The notes: a model not told the origin generated them from the letters alone. 52,839 nt of DNA from Catajapyx aquilonaris (GCA_000934665.2 JYFJ02002673.1:1-52839); one strand, 5' to 3'; positions 40,019-50,438 are shown, numbered from the stretch's first letter. A program made the numbers and translations.

Positions 40019-41298
40019 CTCACTACTTTTTGATAGATTGAATCAAGGTTGAATGAAAGAATGACACGAAGAAAGCAACGTCAATTGTTGGGTGTATATA
40101 ACAAGAATAGCTGCCTCGGAGTATGGCCAATGTCCTTGTCCCGAGGATCTATTGGCCCTGCATTCACCTTGAGTATTGTCCACGACGAGCCTCTTAAAAC
40201 GAGTGAATTGGAAACTGCAAAGGTCCGGCCTGAATTTAAGTCTTAGTCTGTTATATTCCGTTAAATGGCTTTATCGTTAGATTTAACTTGAGTGGGATCA
40301 AAGTTGGTTAGAAGAATTCCATTCCATTTTTTGACTTGAGACAAGGCCACATACGCTTCACCACAACAGAAAAGTGACGAGCTAATGCCCATAATGTCTA
40401 AGCTCAAACCCTGGCTCGTGATGCCGTAAGCTATTGTTCGGGGGAACTGTTTCCTACGGATGAATGCGTTTGCCATAATTTGAAATTTGTTATTGATTGG
40501 TTTTAACCAGTATTAACTCTTGAGCAAATGGAAATTCAATTCTTACGGATTTAACTTTTTGTGGCTAATCGGGGTGGTATGTAACACTGAGTACAGACCC
40601 AACTGCACCATTAACCAAGCCAACTGGAACAGAGAGTGAGAGAAAGACAAGTCAGTCTAGCCTCTAGAATTCTCTTTGCAGAAATGTCAATACATTGGTA
40701 CTATGGAGACCATATATCATGTATTGGCATTGTTGCATTTTTTTTTGATTTTTTTTCGTGTTTGAATGGCTGCAGTGTGGACCCAAGATGGGCGACTTAC
40801 GGTTTTAGACTTTTTCTGGGGGTTTCAGGGGAGGGCCAATTTTTGTACAAAATTTGGGATCTGTACGATAACTGGAACTGGCCAATCTTTTTGATTCTCG
40901 CCATCCCTATATTATATGAATCAGACAAAAATAGGCCAATTTGGGCCCTCTCCTGGCGTGGACCCAGTGGTCCAAATTTCACGACGATTTATTTGTAGGG
41001 TCCCTGGGTGTGCCCCATTGTCGTATTGAAATTTCAGCCTTGCAGCATTTCCCTGTGCCGAACTAGAAAATGCCGAAGTGTAGAGTACGAGTGAGCTCGA
41101 GTAAAGGATGCACGGCAGCGCGAGACGTAAGTGTAAAGGAGGGAAGGGGCGAATGGTCTGGGTCAGTGGCGGTGGAAGTGGCTTAGACTTGGCGGGATGC
41201 ACTGCCGTGCATCTTGATAAGTCTTTTGGATGCACCATTTTCAAGATAGACTGACTACCTGAGAAGGCTTACAAAAATTCAGCAACAGACCAGAAATA

Positions 41299-42140
41299 CA
41301 CTGTACTCCCGATTATCTGGGCTAATAACTGCACGCAGGTCGCAGATAATCAGAAAACATGGATAATTGGAAAATGGTCCTGGACACTGTAAAAATGAAC
41401 TGTTCAGTTTTAAATGAACTACTGTGCTTACAACCAAACTAACTCTTCTTACCCTCCTAAATTTGGAAAATTTTGGTTTTTCTAATTCTGCTTGACCTAT
41501 AGTGTTGTGCAAACATCACCTCTGCTGCTAATTTTCATGTTAGCAGGGTCAAAATACAAGCCAAAATACCGAAATTCCGAAGCCACAACACCTGCATCCG
41601 GTCGCGGGTGGCGGGTCGCCGGTCCTGGCTGGCCGGTCACAGATGGTCGCGACTGATATCAGTGATATGTCAATAACTGATTAAACTTGATCCATAAATT
41701 GCTACACACAATCGATTTCGAAGTGTGAGGTCATATTCTACTTGCTCACGCCACCCTAGAGCGCGCTACAGTCATGGCGACCAGGGACCTGCGACCTGCG
41801 ACCGGCTGCTAGGTGTTGTGGCTTCGGAACATCTCATTAAGCTTGTATTTTGACGAGAAAATTAGCAGCAGAGGTGATGTTTGCACAACACAATAGGCCA
41901 AGCTGAATTAGAAAATTCAAAAATGTTCCAAATTTAGGAGGGTACGAAGAGTTAGTTTGGTTGTTAGTGTATGCTGCTTTAAATATGGTTTAATTTAAAA
42001 AATGAAACTTTGCACACATTTTTAGCTTGTCTCCTGTGAAAAGTCTGTTATATTTCTTTGTTTGCAAGACACATTGACATTTTTTGGGCTTTAATTTATT
42101 TTCCTGTTTTGGCAATGCACGGATAATAGGGGATACAGTG
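41299..42140. mobile_element. Tigger/pogo-like MITE, TA TSD, interrupted by a second element
   Basis: TA|CACTGTACTCCCGATTATC ... GGATAATAGGGGATACAGTG|TA. Confidence 0.7.
41431..41963. mobile_element. Long-TIR (~190 bp) element with TTA TSD, nested
   Basis: TTA|CAACCAAACTAACTCTTC...GAAGAGTTAGTTTGGTTG|TTA; arms extend through CAAACATCACCTCTGCTGCTAATTTTC and TTCCGAAGCCACAACACCT. Confidence 0.85.
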
Positions 42141-42187
42141 TATCAACTCATTACGTTGTACACATTTTTCACTGTGTAGATGTATAA

Positions 42188-42721
42188 AGGTGCGTTTACA
42201 TGTGAGCGATTTGATGAGCGAAATCTTCGTCGAGGCTGAAATTAACAACATTTTGTTTTATTATTATGTATTTATTTTATTTATTTTACCCCGTGATAGA
42301 GCTCTAAGCCCTTATGGGGGGTGGCACACCACCATCAGTTTTCTAGTGTGTTTAGTTTTCTTCACTCTCTGGTGCAAGGAGTCAAGGACATAGGGTAAGG
42401 ATAGGGATTTTCGGGGAGGGAACATGGGTGCAAGTGCAATGTCTGAAAAGGGGTCATGTGCTGTTCCCCAGGAGGTTAGGTTGCCAGACACCTCTGAGGC
42501 GCGGGTCCGAGACACTACTGACGCAGGTGAAAGGAAAGTTCCCCAGGCGGGGATCGAACCTGGGGCCTTTCTTTCAGCGAGCCGAGACGTTACCATCTCG
42601 GCCACTGCACCTCCCCGAAATTAACAATCAATTTTATCCTCAAACAATATTGGTTACTTCATTACTTGGCGAAGATTTCGCTCCACTTGGCTCGTCAAAT
42701 CGCTCACATGTAAACACACCA
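42188..42721. mobile_element. PIF/Harbinger-like MITE interrupted by a SINE
   Basis: TAA|AGGTGCGTTTACATGTGAGCGATTTGA ... TCAAATCGCTCACATGTAAACACACCA|TAA. Confidence 0.8.
42249..42616 (-). mobile_element. tRNA-derived SINE family A, copy 2
   Basis: A box AGTGGCCGAGATGG, B box GGTTCGATCCC, A-rich tail. 11-bp TSD GAAATTAACAA (42238-42248, 42617-42627). Confidence 0.9.
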
Positions 42722-43121
42722 TAAGAATGAGCACAATAATGGACACTTAGAGTATTATTCCATGACCTTATGTGCCATTTCGAATTGATGGGCCACACAG
42801 ATTTCTTGATTTTGTTAAAAAATAAAGAACAACATTATTCTTATTTGAACAGTTTTGCTAACATAATAAACAGTCAAGTCAGTGGGTTCAAGGAACAGCC
42901 AGCCCCCTACCATGGACTGCCTGGAATGGCTTGTTTCAAACTCCCCCCATGGAAACACAGTATCCCAGGTGTTAATACTTACAATGCATCTTAATATTTG
43001 CCACATGTCCACCTCCTTCCTCTTATAACTTTTTCATGTAACCTTAAATTTGAGGTAATACGACCACCTCTCTTGTGGCTTAGGGGCCCCCTTGTCAATA
43101 TCATAACACACTATAGGCTAC

Positions 43122-43278
43122 CTCACATAAGTGCTCGAGCTGCTCAGCATAAACAGCGGCTTTTCGCAACCTTGCCACCAGATGGTACTTCTTCCTTGGT
43201 TCAGTGTTGGATTCTTGCTTCAGCTGCATGCCATAGCTCCAGGCACGTTCCGAGAGCACAAGTGGGATGTACAAAAAC
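43122..43278 (-). CDS. SRP68: SRP68 exon 4 (157 nt)
   Basis: cttcctatag|...GAG|gtagcc; FLYIPLVLSERAWSYGMQLKQESNTEPRKKYHLVARLRKAAVYAEQLEHLCE. Confidence 0.97.
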
Positions 43279-43337
43279 CTATAGGAAGAAATGATTCTCA
43301 ATGTTACTCCATTAAAAGGTGCTTTTAAAAAACCCAC

Positions 43338-43451
43338 CTTTCATCCTTCATAATCTCCTCTGAAACCTCTCTTTTTTTGAAGTGTTTTCGGTCACCTTGC
43401 AGGAAATGCAATGTCTTGCGTAGGCGTCTGAGTCGCCTGGTGCAGTAACTC
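43338..43451 (-). CDS. SRP68: SRP68 exon 3 (114 nt)
   Basis: tttttcag|...GAAAG|gtgggt; SYCTRRLRRLRKTLHFLQGDRKHFKKREVSEEIMKDE. Confidence 0.97.
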
Positions 43452-43509
43452 CTGAAAAATTGTTACAATCAAATCTCATGTCTTTACAACTACCCACGTC
43501 AACACAGAC

Positions 43510-43576
43510 CTGTAGCGCTGATAATCACCATGCCGCAATCCATGCTGTTGTTGTGCTTCCTTTATGACCCTCAGTA
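43510..43576 (-). CDS. SRP68: SRP68 exon 2 (67 nt)
   Basis: ttttcag|TA...TACAG|gtctgt; LRVIKEAQQQHGLRHGDYQRYR is the hallmark start of the SRP68 RNA-binding domain. Confidence 0.97.
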
Positions 43577-43598
43577 CTGAAAAGCAATGTCACATTAA

Positions 43599-43851
43599 CC
43601 CTGGAACCGTGCCGTGGGGTCTTTTCGGACCCCACCATATTTTAATTTTTATTAATTATTATATAATACTTTTCACTGTATTGACTATATGCAATCATTC
43701 TTTGAACAATGCCTAAAATGATCGCTAATTCAAAATAAACTGGCACTTCCTGTTATATACTGTAAAAAAATGGCAAAAGTTCATTGTAATGATCATTTTA
43801 ATGCATTTTTTTCCTTGGGGTCCAAAAAGACCCCACGGCACGGTTCCAGGG
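43599..43851. mobile_element. piggyBac-type MITE, TTAA TSD
   Basis: TTAA|CCCTGGAACCGTGCCGTGGGGTCTTTT(C/T)GGACCCCA with the inverted copy ending GGTTCCAGGG|TTAA; 36-bp TIR with 1 mismatch. Confidence 0.92.
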
Positions 43852-43876
43852 TTAATAAGTAGTATAATACCTTATA

Positions 43877-44622
43877 CAGGGTGGTTGTAAAGTCACTGCC
43901 TATTGAAAATGTGCTATAAAATTGTCAAATATTGCTCAATTTCCACGAAACAAGTTTTATTCTGTACCTTACAATGGGAGAATATAAACTCCCGCCTGTA
44001 TGCAACGCCACGCCCCGAGGTGGCAACAGCAGTCACGATACCAGTAAAAATGGCGCGGCAACCTAGTGCTCACAGTGAGAGACCTCAGCAGGCGTCCCGT
44101 TTTGAAGTGTGGGGGTCGGTGGTTAAAGTTCAGAGATGGTGGCGATCCATACACGGACCTCGTGCCACAGTTCACCCCAGGACCATAAAGCCACTATGGG
44201 CGAACCATGGCGGTGCCACGTTTTCCTCCATCCTCGATGTCGATGCGGACGACCACTCTTATGGCTGTCCATCACGGACCCTGTGCTCATCAGCTTCGAA
44301 TGGCAGTTCTTTATGGTCCTGGGGTGAACTGTGGCACGAGGTCCGTGTATGGATCGCCACCATCTCTGAACTTTAACCACCGACCCCCACACTTCAAAAC
44401 GGGACGCCTGCTGAGGTCTCTCACTGTGAGCACTAGGTTGCCGCGCCATTTTTACTGGTATCGTGACTGCTGTTGCCACCTCGGGGCGTGGCGTTGCATA
44501 CAGGCGGGAGTTTATATTCTCCCATTGTAAGGTACAGAATAAAACTTGTTTCGTGGAAATTGAGCAATATTTGACAATTTTATAGCACATTTCCAATAGG
44601 CAGTGACTTTACAACCACCCTG
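43877..44622. mobile_element. Palindromic mariner-derived element: two inverted copies of a transposon 5' end
   Basis: TA|CAGGGTGGTTG...CAACCACCCTG|TA. 314-bp arms (43877-44190, 44309-44622) with 1 mismatch seen, 118-nt spacer. Encodes RFEVWGSVVKVQRWWR...TIKNCHSKLMSTGSVMDSHKSGRP, a DUF4817-like transposase N-terminal HTH. Confidence 0.9.
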
Positions 44623-44708
44623 TACATACCTTAGAGCTACGAACAAATAATGTAAAGTTTTCAAGTGTTTTTGTAAGGCTGAGATTGCAATACCACAGGC
44701 AATGAATA

Positions 44709-46046
44709 CAGGGTGGTCGGAGAGTAACTCCTTATTAGAAACATGTAACAACTTTGTCAAATATTGATCAATTGTCATGAAACAAATTTTATTTCGTAAC
44801 TTGAAATGGGAGAATTTGTCTGTGAACTTAAAATTTCACCTAGGAACCAGAGTTTCTTGTCAATTTCTATAGGCGATTTGGTATGCACGCGACAGACTTA
44901 TAATTATGAAAGTAACCCTATTAGAAACATGTCATAACTTGTCATATATTGCTTGATTTTCATGAAACAAATTTTATTCCGTAACTTGAAATGAGAGAAT
45001 TAAAACGGCTGCCCACCAGATGGCAGGATCAGTCATGTGAGTAGTCAAAAAGGCACATCGCCTTAGCGTGCGTGGGAGTTGCTCTCGCTACTTCCTGACC
45101 CCTTCTTCCTTCAAAATGCGATGAATAGAGAGCTGTATCTTTCCATGCTGCAAGGTCAGGTATGGCCGATCATCACACAATGGGATAACTTCAACCATAT
45201 CTTCATGCAAGATGATGCACCCCCATATTTTGTATTGACTGTCCATGCACAGCCGGATAAACAATTGCCAGGTTGTAGGGTGGTCCAGAATAATGGCAAG
45301 CACTAAGTCCTGACCTTAAGCACTACGACTTTTCTGGTGAGGTTGAGCAAACGAGGGCGTGTACCGCACCAAACCACAAAATTGGGATCAACTTGAGAGA
45401 GCATTTGAGATGTGCTGGGCAAGGTACCGCAGGATTACGTGCATATAAGTCTGTCGTGTGCACACGGAATCACCTACAGAAATTGAGCTGCGTTACATGG
45501 GCAGTAGCGTCGCTTCTATTTCAATACGAATCGGAAAGGTGCTCCTTCGGCAACATGTTACATGTCTGGCCTCTGAAAGCAGTCGAGTCCCCCTCACCCC
45601 TTCTCTCCCTCCCGCTTCTGATCCCCACCCACTTCAAAAACGAGTATGTTGGGAAAATTTGGAGTTGGGAGAAAGAAGGGTCGAGTGATAAGGCAGGAGT
45701 ACTCCTCTTAAACCTGAGTGATGCGCAGGCAAATGGTTACATGCAGGAAATACCCACATCAAACCTTCTGGATGCGCAGGTAAAGGGTGGCTCAACCGGG
45801 TGCTGCTTACTGGCTGCAGCCAAGTTGATGCGAATTTTACAGGTTACATGCCAGAGATGCGCCTCGAAGCGGAGTCACGTAACGTGCCACCTAGACGGGA
45901 AACTCTGGTTCCTATGTGAAATTTTAAGTTCGCAGACAAATTCTCCCATTTCAAGTTACAAAATAAAACTCGTTTCATGACAATTAAGCAATATTTGCCA
46001 AAGTTATTACATGTTTCTAATAGGGGGTTACTTTCCGACCACCCTG
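44709..46046 (+). mobile_element. Defective Tc1/mariner element (rosa/DD41D-like) with ~145-bp inverted ends
   Basis: TA|CAGGGTGGTCGGA...TCCGACCACCCTG|TA; partial duplication of the end sequence at ~44910-45000; catalytic-domain fragment inside. Confidence 0.85.
45079..45400 (+). pseudogene. Mariner-type transposase catalytic-domain fragment
   Basis: PFFLQNAMNRELYLSMLQGQVWPIITQWDNFNHIFMQDDAPPYFVLTV...QLPG, then *SPDL. Matches the FMQDGAPPH...WPARSPDL pattern with deletions and stops. Confidence 0.8.
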
Positions 46047-46207
46047 TAGTTAAGAAGCATGGAATCTTTCTGTCAAGACAGTGCTGCACAAAATACTGGT
46101 CACAAATATACTTGGGGTCAAGAGAGTAACATTTGGAGTCATGAATTCTATTACAATGTTACAATCTCCTACAACTGAAAGGCCCCATGAACTTGGAACA
46201 CCCTGTA

Positions 46208-46800
46208 TGTGTGGGATGGCTCAAAGGTTCAGTGAATGTTCAGATACCTAGAATGCAATGTAGGCTACAAATTTGAGCATGAGCACAGACATCCAAGGAC
46301 ATGTCTAGAAGAGCCTCCGAGTGTGGAGTACACGTGAGTGCAAGTGCACTGCCGCCGCAGTCATTGGCGTGGGGCCTTTATGGTCTGGTCACCGTAACTC
46401 TGACACAGTCATTCAAGCACAGTCTGTGTTAGAGGACCTGGCATGAACAGCAATGGAGCAACGCCATAACTTTAAACTTCAAATTGGGGAAAGCGCAGCA
46501 GAGATGCACAAAATGTTGATCAGTGTATGGGAATGACACCATGGCCAGAAAATGTGTACAACTGGTTTACCCCAATTTGAAGCAGAACTTAATGTTATGC
46601 CATTGATCCATTGCTGTGTGACGCCACCTCTCGCACAGACTGCGCGTGAATGACTGCAGCCGCAGTGCACTAGCATCTAGGTGTACCCCACTCTACGAGG
46701 CGCTTCTAGACATGTCCCTGGATGTCCGTGCTCATGCTCAAACTTGTCACATCGCATTCCAGATATCCAAACATTCACTGAACTTTTTAATCACCCCACA
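46208..46800. mobile_element. MITE with ~150-bp diverged TIRs, TA flanks
   Basis: GTTCAGTGAATGTT...TTTGAGCATGAGCAC(A/G)GACATCCA(A/G)GGACATGTCTAGAAG...GCAGTCATT is present in inverted orientation at both ends. Confidence 0.8.
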
Positions 46801-47200
46801 TAAGGCAGCCCTATCAATACCACAGATTTTCCCTATTTCACGGGTCCCTAAAGGAAAGGCCTGGTTGAATCAACAGGTTTTCTCAGCCGTGAGTTGTGAC
46901 TAACTTTTGTCAAGCCATTTATTAAATTGAGTTGAGAAACATACCCAAGGAATTTTTAATGGGAGCGACTCCTCTTGCATGCCAAGCACGTCTGTTATCA
47001 ACAAACTATGATACAATTTCATATACCCTGTGTCGCAGTGAGTATTCAGGTTATTTAATATCCATTCAAATAATGACGTGGTACTTCTAGCCAATAACTA
47101 ACAAGCCTTTCTAATATTCCATATGTTACACTATTTCCCCATTCTCCAATCGGTAACTTAAGGTTAAAGTCAGAGTTAATTTATGTGCAAAGAAAAATAC

Positions 47201-47306
47201 TTTTCACGCAAAATGTAGTCTTCTGTGGGCCGTTAGACGATTTGGATCGCTCCTGCCTTCCGTCCATTCCGTCCAGAGCCACAACGTTTCGCCCATCAGC
47301 CGCCAT
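47201..47306 (-). CDS. SRP68: SRP68 coding exon 1 (start codon)
   Basis: AAAATGGCG context; reads MAADGRNVVALDGMDGRQERSKSSNGPQKTTFCVK plus 1 nt. The only phase-1 GT before an in-frame TAA is at 47200. It joins exon 2 to give VK-I-LRVIKEAQQQHGLRHGD, matching the SRP68 N-terminus. Confidence 0.85.
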
Positions 47307-47560
47307 TTTCGTTCAGCTGCATGGATCGTGGATCGTGGGGTGTAGGGAGGGATCACAGTTGCCAGGAGAAACAGGGACTGATGCGCTCTGATGTGCTGAA
47401 TGCGGCTGACGCTGAATGCGTGGCAGTTACTGCGTTCGGAAGACATGAATGTGACGTCCGTTGAGTCTCAACCACGCCACGGTCTCAACCAAGATCTCAA
47501 CGGCATCTGAACACATCAAAGGCGGTTTTTCAAAAAACTAGTTTCAAGTTCACTGTACGC
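47295..47560 (-). promoter_or_regulatory. Likely SRP68 5' UTR / proximal promoter
   Basis: CpG-containing stretch between the ATG and the next MITE. YY1/Pho-type CGCCATTTT overlaps the start codon; GTGACGTC CRE-like site; three TCTCAAC repeats at ~47466-47500. TSS not determinable. Confidence 0.5.
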
Positions 47561-47568
47561 ATAGACTG

Positions 47569-47979
47569 TACGGTACTCTCGATTATTATCCGTGGTAATG
47601 AATGCACTGGTGTGCCCAGATACAGAATGGATAGAATACGGAACACCTTGATCCATCTTTCCCGGATATTCGGAAAACACGGATAATCCGAAATTAATTA
47701 TAAATGTCGTGAAAAATGAGCCATTCACAGGTATTTAATGAATTAATGTACTGTACATATACTGCTTGCCGCTTTAAATAAGGTTTAATATTTTAAAAAC
47801 TTACCTTGGGATTTTTAAAGTTTATTGTCTATTCTGGAAAAGGTATGTTACACTATTTTTTTGTTTGCGCGACATATTGGCATTTTTTCGGACTTGGCCT
47901 ATATTTCTAACTTTTTTTGGCGATGCCTGGATAATCCCCAGCACGGATAATCCACTCCTGGATAATATGGAGCCCAGTG
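47569..47979. mobile_element. Diverged Tigger-like MITE upstream of SRP68
   Basis: Repeated GGATAA/TTATCC subterminal motifs; right end GGATAATATGGAGCCCAGTG|TA; resembles 41299-42140. Left boundary is approximate. Confidence 0.5.
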
Positions 47980-48086
47980 TAATGCTGTATTTTTTGGCAT
48001 TTTATATTTTTCCCTCTTGAATATCCCGTTCGTTGTTAAGCATACAACATGGAAGCAGGCAGGTCTATAATTCCGGTTTTTGTACC

Positions 48087-48090
<4 letters not shown>

Positions 48091-48153
<63 letters not shown>

Positions 48154-48430
48154 TCAAATTCATACCCTGTTATCAGCCGGCGGCTCTTTAGGGGGGATAT
48201 TTTTTGTTTTGACTGGAACTCTTCGTTTCTTTTTTACTGCGCTTTTTGGGATAGGATAGGAAGGAGGCGGCTGTGGCCTATTAGTTTAGGAAACAACTCC
48301 GGAATTCTCCTGGAGGAACCGTGGGAAACCACAGAAAACCACGGTTAGAGTTGCCGGCACCGGGATTCGAACCCAGGACCTCCCGATTAGCAGTCGGATA
48401 TCATATCCCCTCCGCCACCACTGCTTCGGT
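48091..48430 (-). mobile_element. tRNA-derived SINE family C, copy 1, with (ATT)21 tail
   Basis: B box GGTTCGAATCCC on the minus strand; 15-bp TSD GTTTTTGTACCATAT (48076-48090, 48431-48445); homologous to 51798-51956. Confidence 0.9.
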
Positions 48431-49401
48431 GTTTTTGTACCATATCTGGTAAATTGGTAATGAAATTATAGTTTTAATGTTATTGAATTTGGATCAACCA
48501 AATGATTTGTACATCAAAAGATTTCGGACAATGCACGTCTGTTAAAATAAATACTGTTCCAGCTTGGTCTTGCATGTTTTCCCCCTCACACTGTCACAAA
48601 CTCTCTTACTGTTAGAAAAAAAAAAAAAAATACAGTACATACACATTTCGCAACTACAGCGACATTATTATTTATTGCTCATATCCCTGGGGTTGGAAAA
48701 ATTGGGCGGAAAAGCCGTGCCGAAAAGCCAGCCAAAGAGTCTAACACAATATTGGGCCACATATTTTTGCAACACAAATGTCCCAGGAGGTAAAAGAAAT
48801 CCTTTCAGATGGTCGCCATCGTCGCCATATACTGTATATAGCTGCATGCGTAACCACTCCCTGTGTAACTCGATACCCTCTCGCCTCTCCCTGGATCTTA
48901 TATAACCACGCTCTATATACACGCAAGAGCTAATGATACACGCCATGATACACGCTGTTGGCACCTTGAGTCTTTAGACCTAAGGTTCGTTCATGTTTGT
49001 TCTTTGGTACAGGTCACCATGCCTAGGTGTATCTCAGCAAATGTCCCCCTTACTCACATTTCTTTATTTTACTTGCCTAAATTTACTTTACACCACTGGT
49101 AAGTACCGTGTGGATCATGATTAAGACCACAATCACGTCCGTAAAAAAAAAAAAAAGAGGACCTGGCAACATATATTGCACTTATTCCACTAGGTGGCAC
49201 ATAAACATAAAGCAGATGGCTCGGACAAAATACTGTAATTATATTTTAATAATAATGATGACGATGATGATGATGGAGATGATCCTTGGGTTGGGCAAAA
49301 GAATTTCTCATGTGGAATGATGCCCCAGAATACCTCGATGGTCGATGATAAATAACACAGTGCAGCAACGCAGTTTTAACTGAAGCAGTGAACCTTTTAT
49401 A

Positions 49402-49700
49402 CGAGGGCCATACTAAAATGATTTACAATTATTATTATTTTGCCACAAACACAGTGCCCATGCAGGTCGGCAGATAGTGACACATTATAGATAGGAGTCC
49501 TCCTGGAGCCAAATGCTGTACCACCACAGGTGTGTCAGCCTCTCCATCAGGCCCTCCAGGAACCACCTTTTGGATGTGTGACGCACCACCGGACAATTGC
49601 TCATGCAGTTAACAATTGTAAACAATATCCTCAAAATGGCGTGGGCGAAGGGGTTTTTCCCTGGATCTGGGTTCGTGTGCTTCCACATCCGCCATGGCAC
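49402..49700 (-). mobile_element. Mariner relic (3' end)
   Basis: TA|CGAGGG terminus. Minus-strand EKPLRPRHFEDI and VRHTSKRWFLEGLMERLTHLWWYSIWLQEDSYL* resemble a mariner transposase C-terminus. Confidence 0.5.
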
Positions 49701-49816
49701 CCAGTAACTTGAACCTGTTTAGAGACATGAAAAAACCTCTTCACCAATGCCATGTCGAGGACTTTGTTGACTGTTGACTGAGTGGGTGTGCCGAACCTCC
49801 AAAAAGTTCTTCCTGG

Positions 49817-50394
49817 TGGTCCCATGTGTAATACCTACAAACGTCATACTGACGGATGAAAATACGGTCAGGCGAATACCTAAGAGACAAAATACCAACA
49901 CCGCAGAAATACCTAATAGAAGAAATACCGGTACCGATACCGGCACATATAACAAAATAATGCATACACCCGTTTGAGTGATTTGTGAATTTGTTAGTAT
50001 AGGGTTGGAAGAAAAATGCTATAATTTGGGGTTCATGTGCAGGACCATAGAAAAATGCATATTTGATTGTAGGAGATATTGTTATCAGTCAAACCTAGGG
50101 CATGCGAGAAAGAGGTGTAGTAATGTTCTGGTTTATTCATTCTTACATTTACATGATATCAGATTAGTAAGTGTTTTATATAAGTATGATATAAATGATA
50201 ATGAAATTTTTGGTTGTTTAGAATGGGTGACGGCAATGTAGGCCTACGGACGGTATGGTTGCAGATGGGGAAACAGAATTTTTTCTTACAGGTATTTCCG
50301 CGGTGTCGGAATGTTTTTAATTCGGTAATTTTGGCGGTCGGTAGTTTGGGATGTCAGGATTATGGAGTTAGGTATTATGTACAGTACCAGACCC
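49817..50394. mobile_element. Diverged MITE with AATACC subterminal repeats (MULE-like?)
   Basis: 8-bp direct repeat CTTCCTGG at 49809-49816 and 50395-50402; inverted ACACCGC(A/G)GAAATACCT and TAATACCTA motifs. Confidence 0.5.
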
Positions 50395-50438
50395 CTTCCT
50401 GGAGGGCACTGAGAGGTTTCACACCCATGACTCCTGCT

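Noticed and set aside
39688..40586. Solo LTR (TGTTAC...GTAACA termini)
   Set aside because: Flanks TGGAGT and CTGAGT are not a clean TSD, there is no PBS or PPT, and it overlaps the fold-back arm.
45393..45980. Longest ORF in the track (195 aa)
   Set aside because: It lies within a defective mariner, runs into the terminal repeat and shows no recognisable protein motif.
48049..48348. 99-aa ORF with a poly-Asn run
   Set aside because: It is the (AAT)21 SINE tail and SINE body read in antisense.
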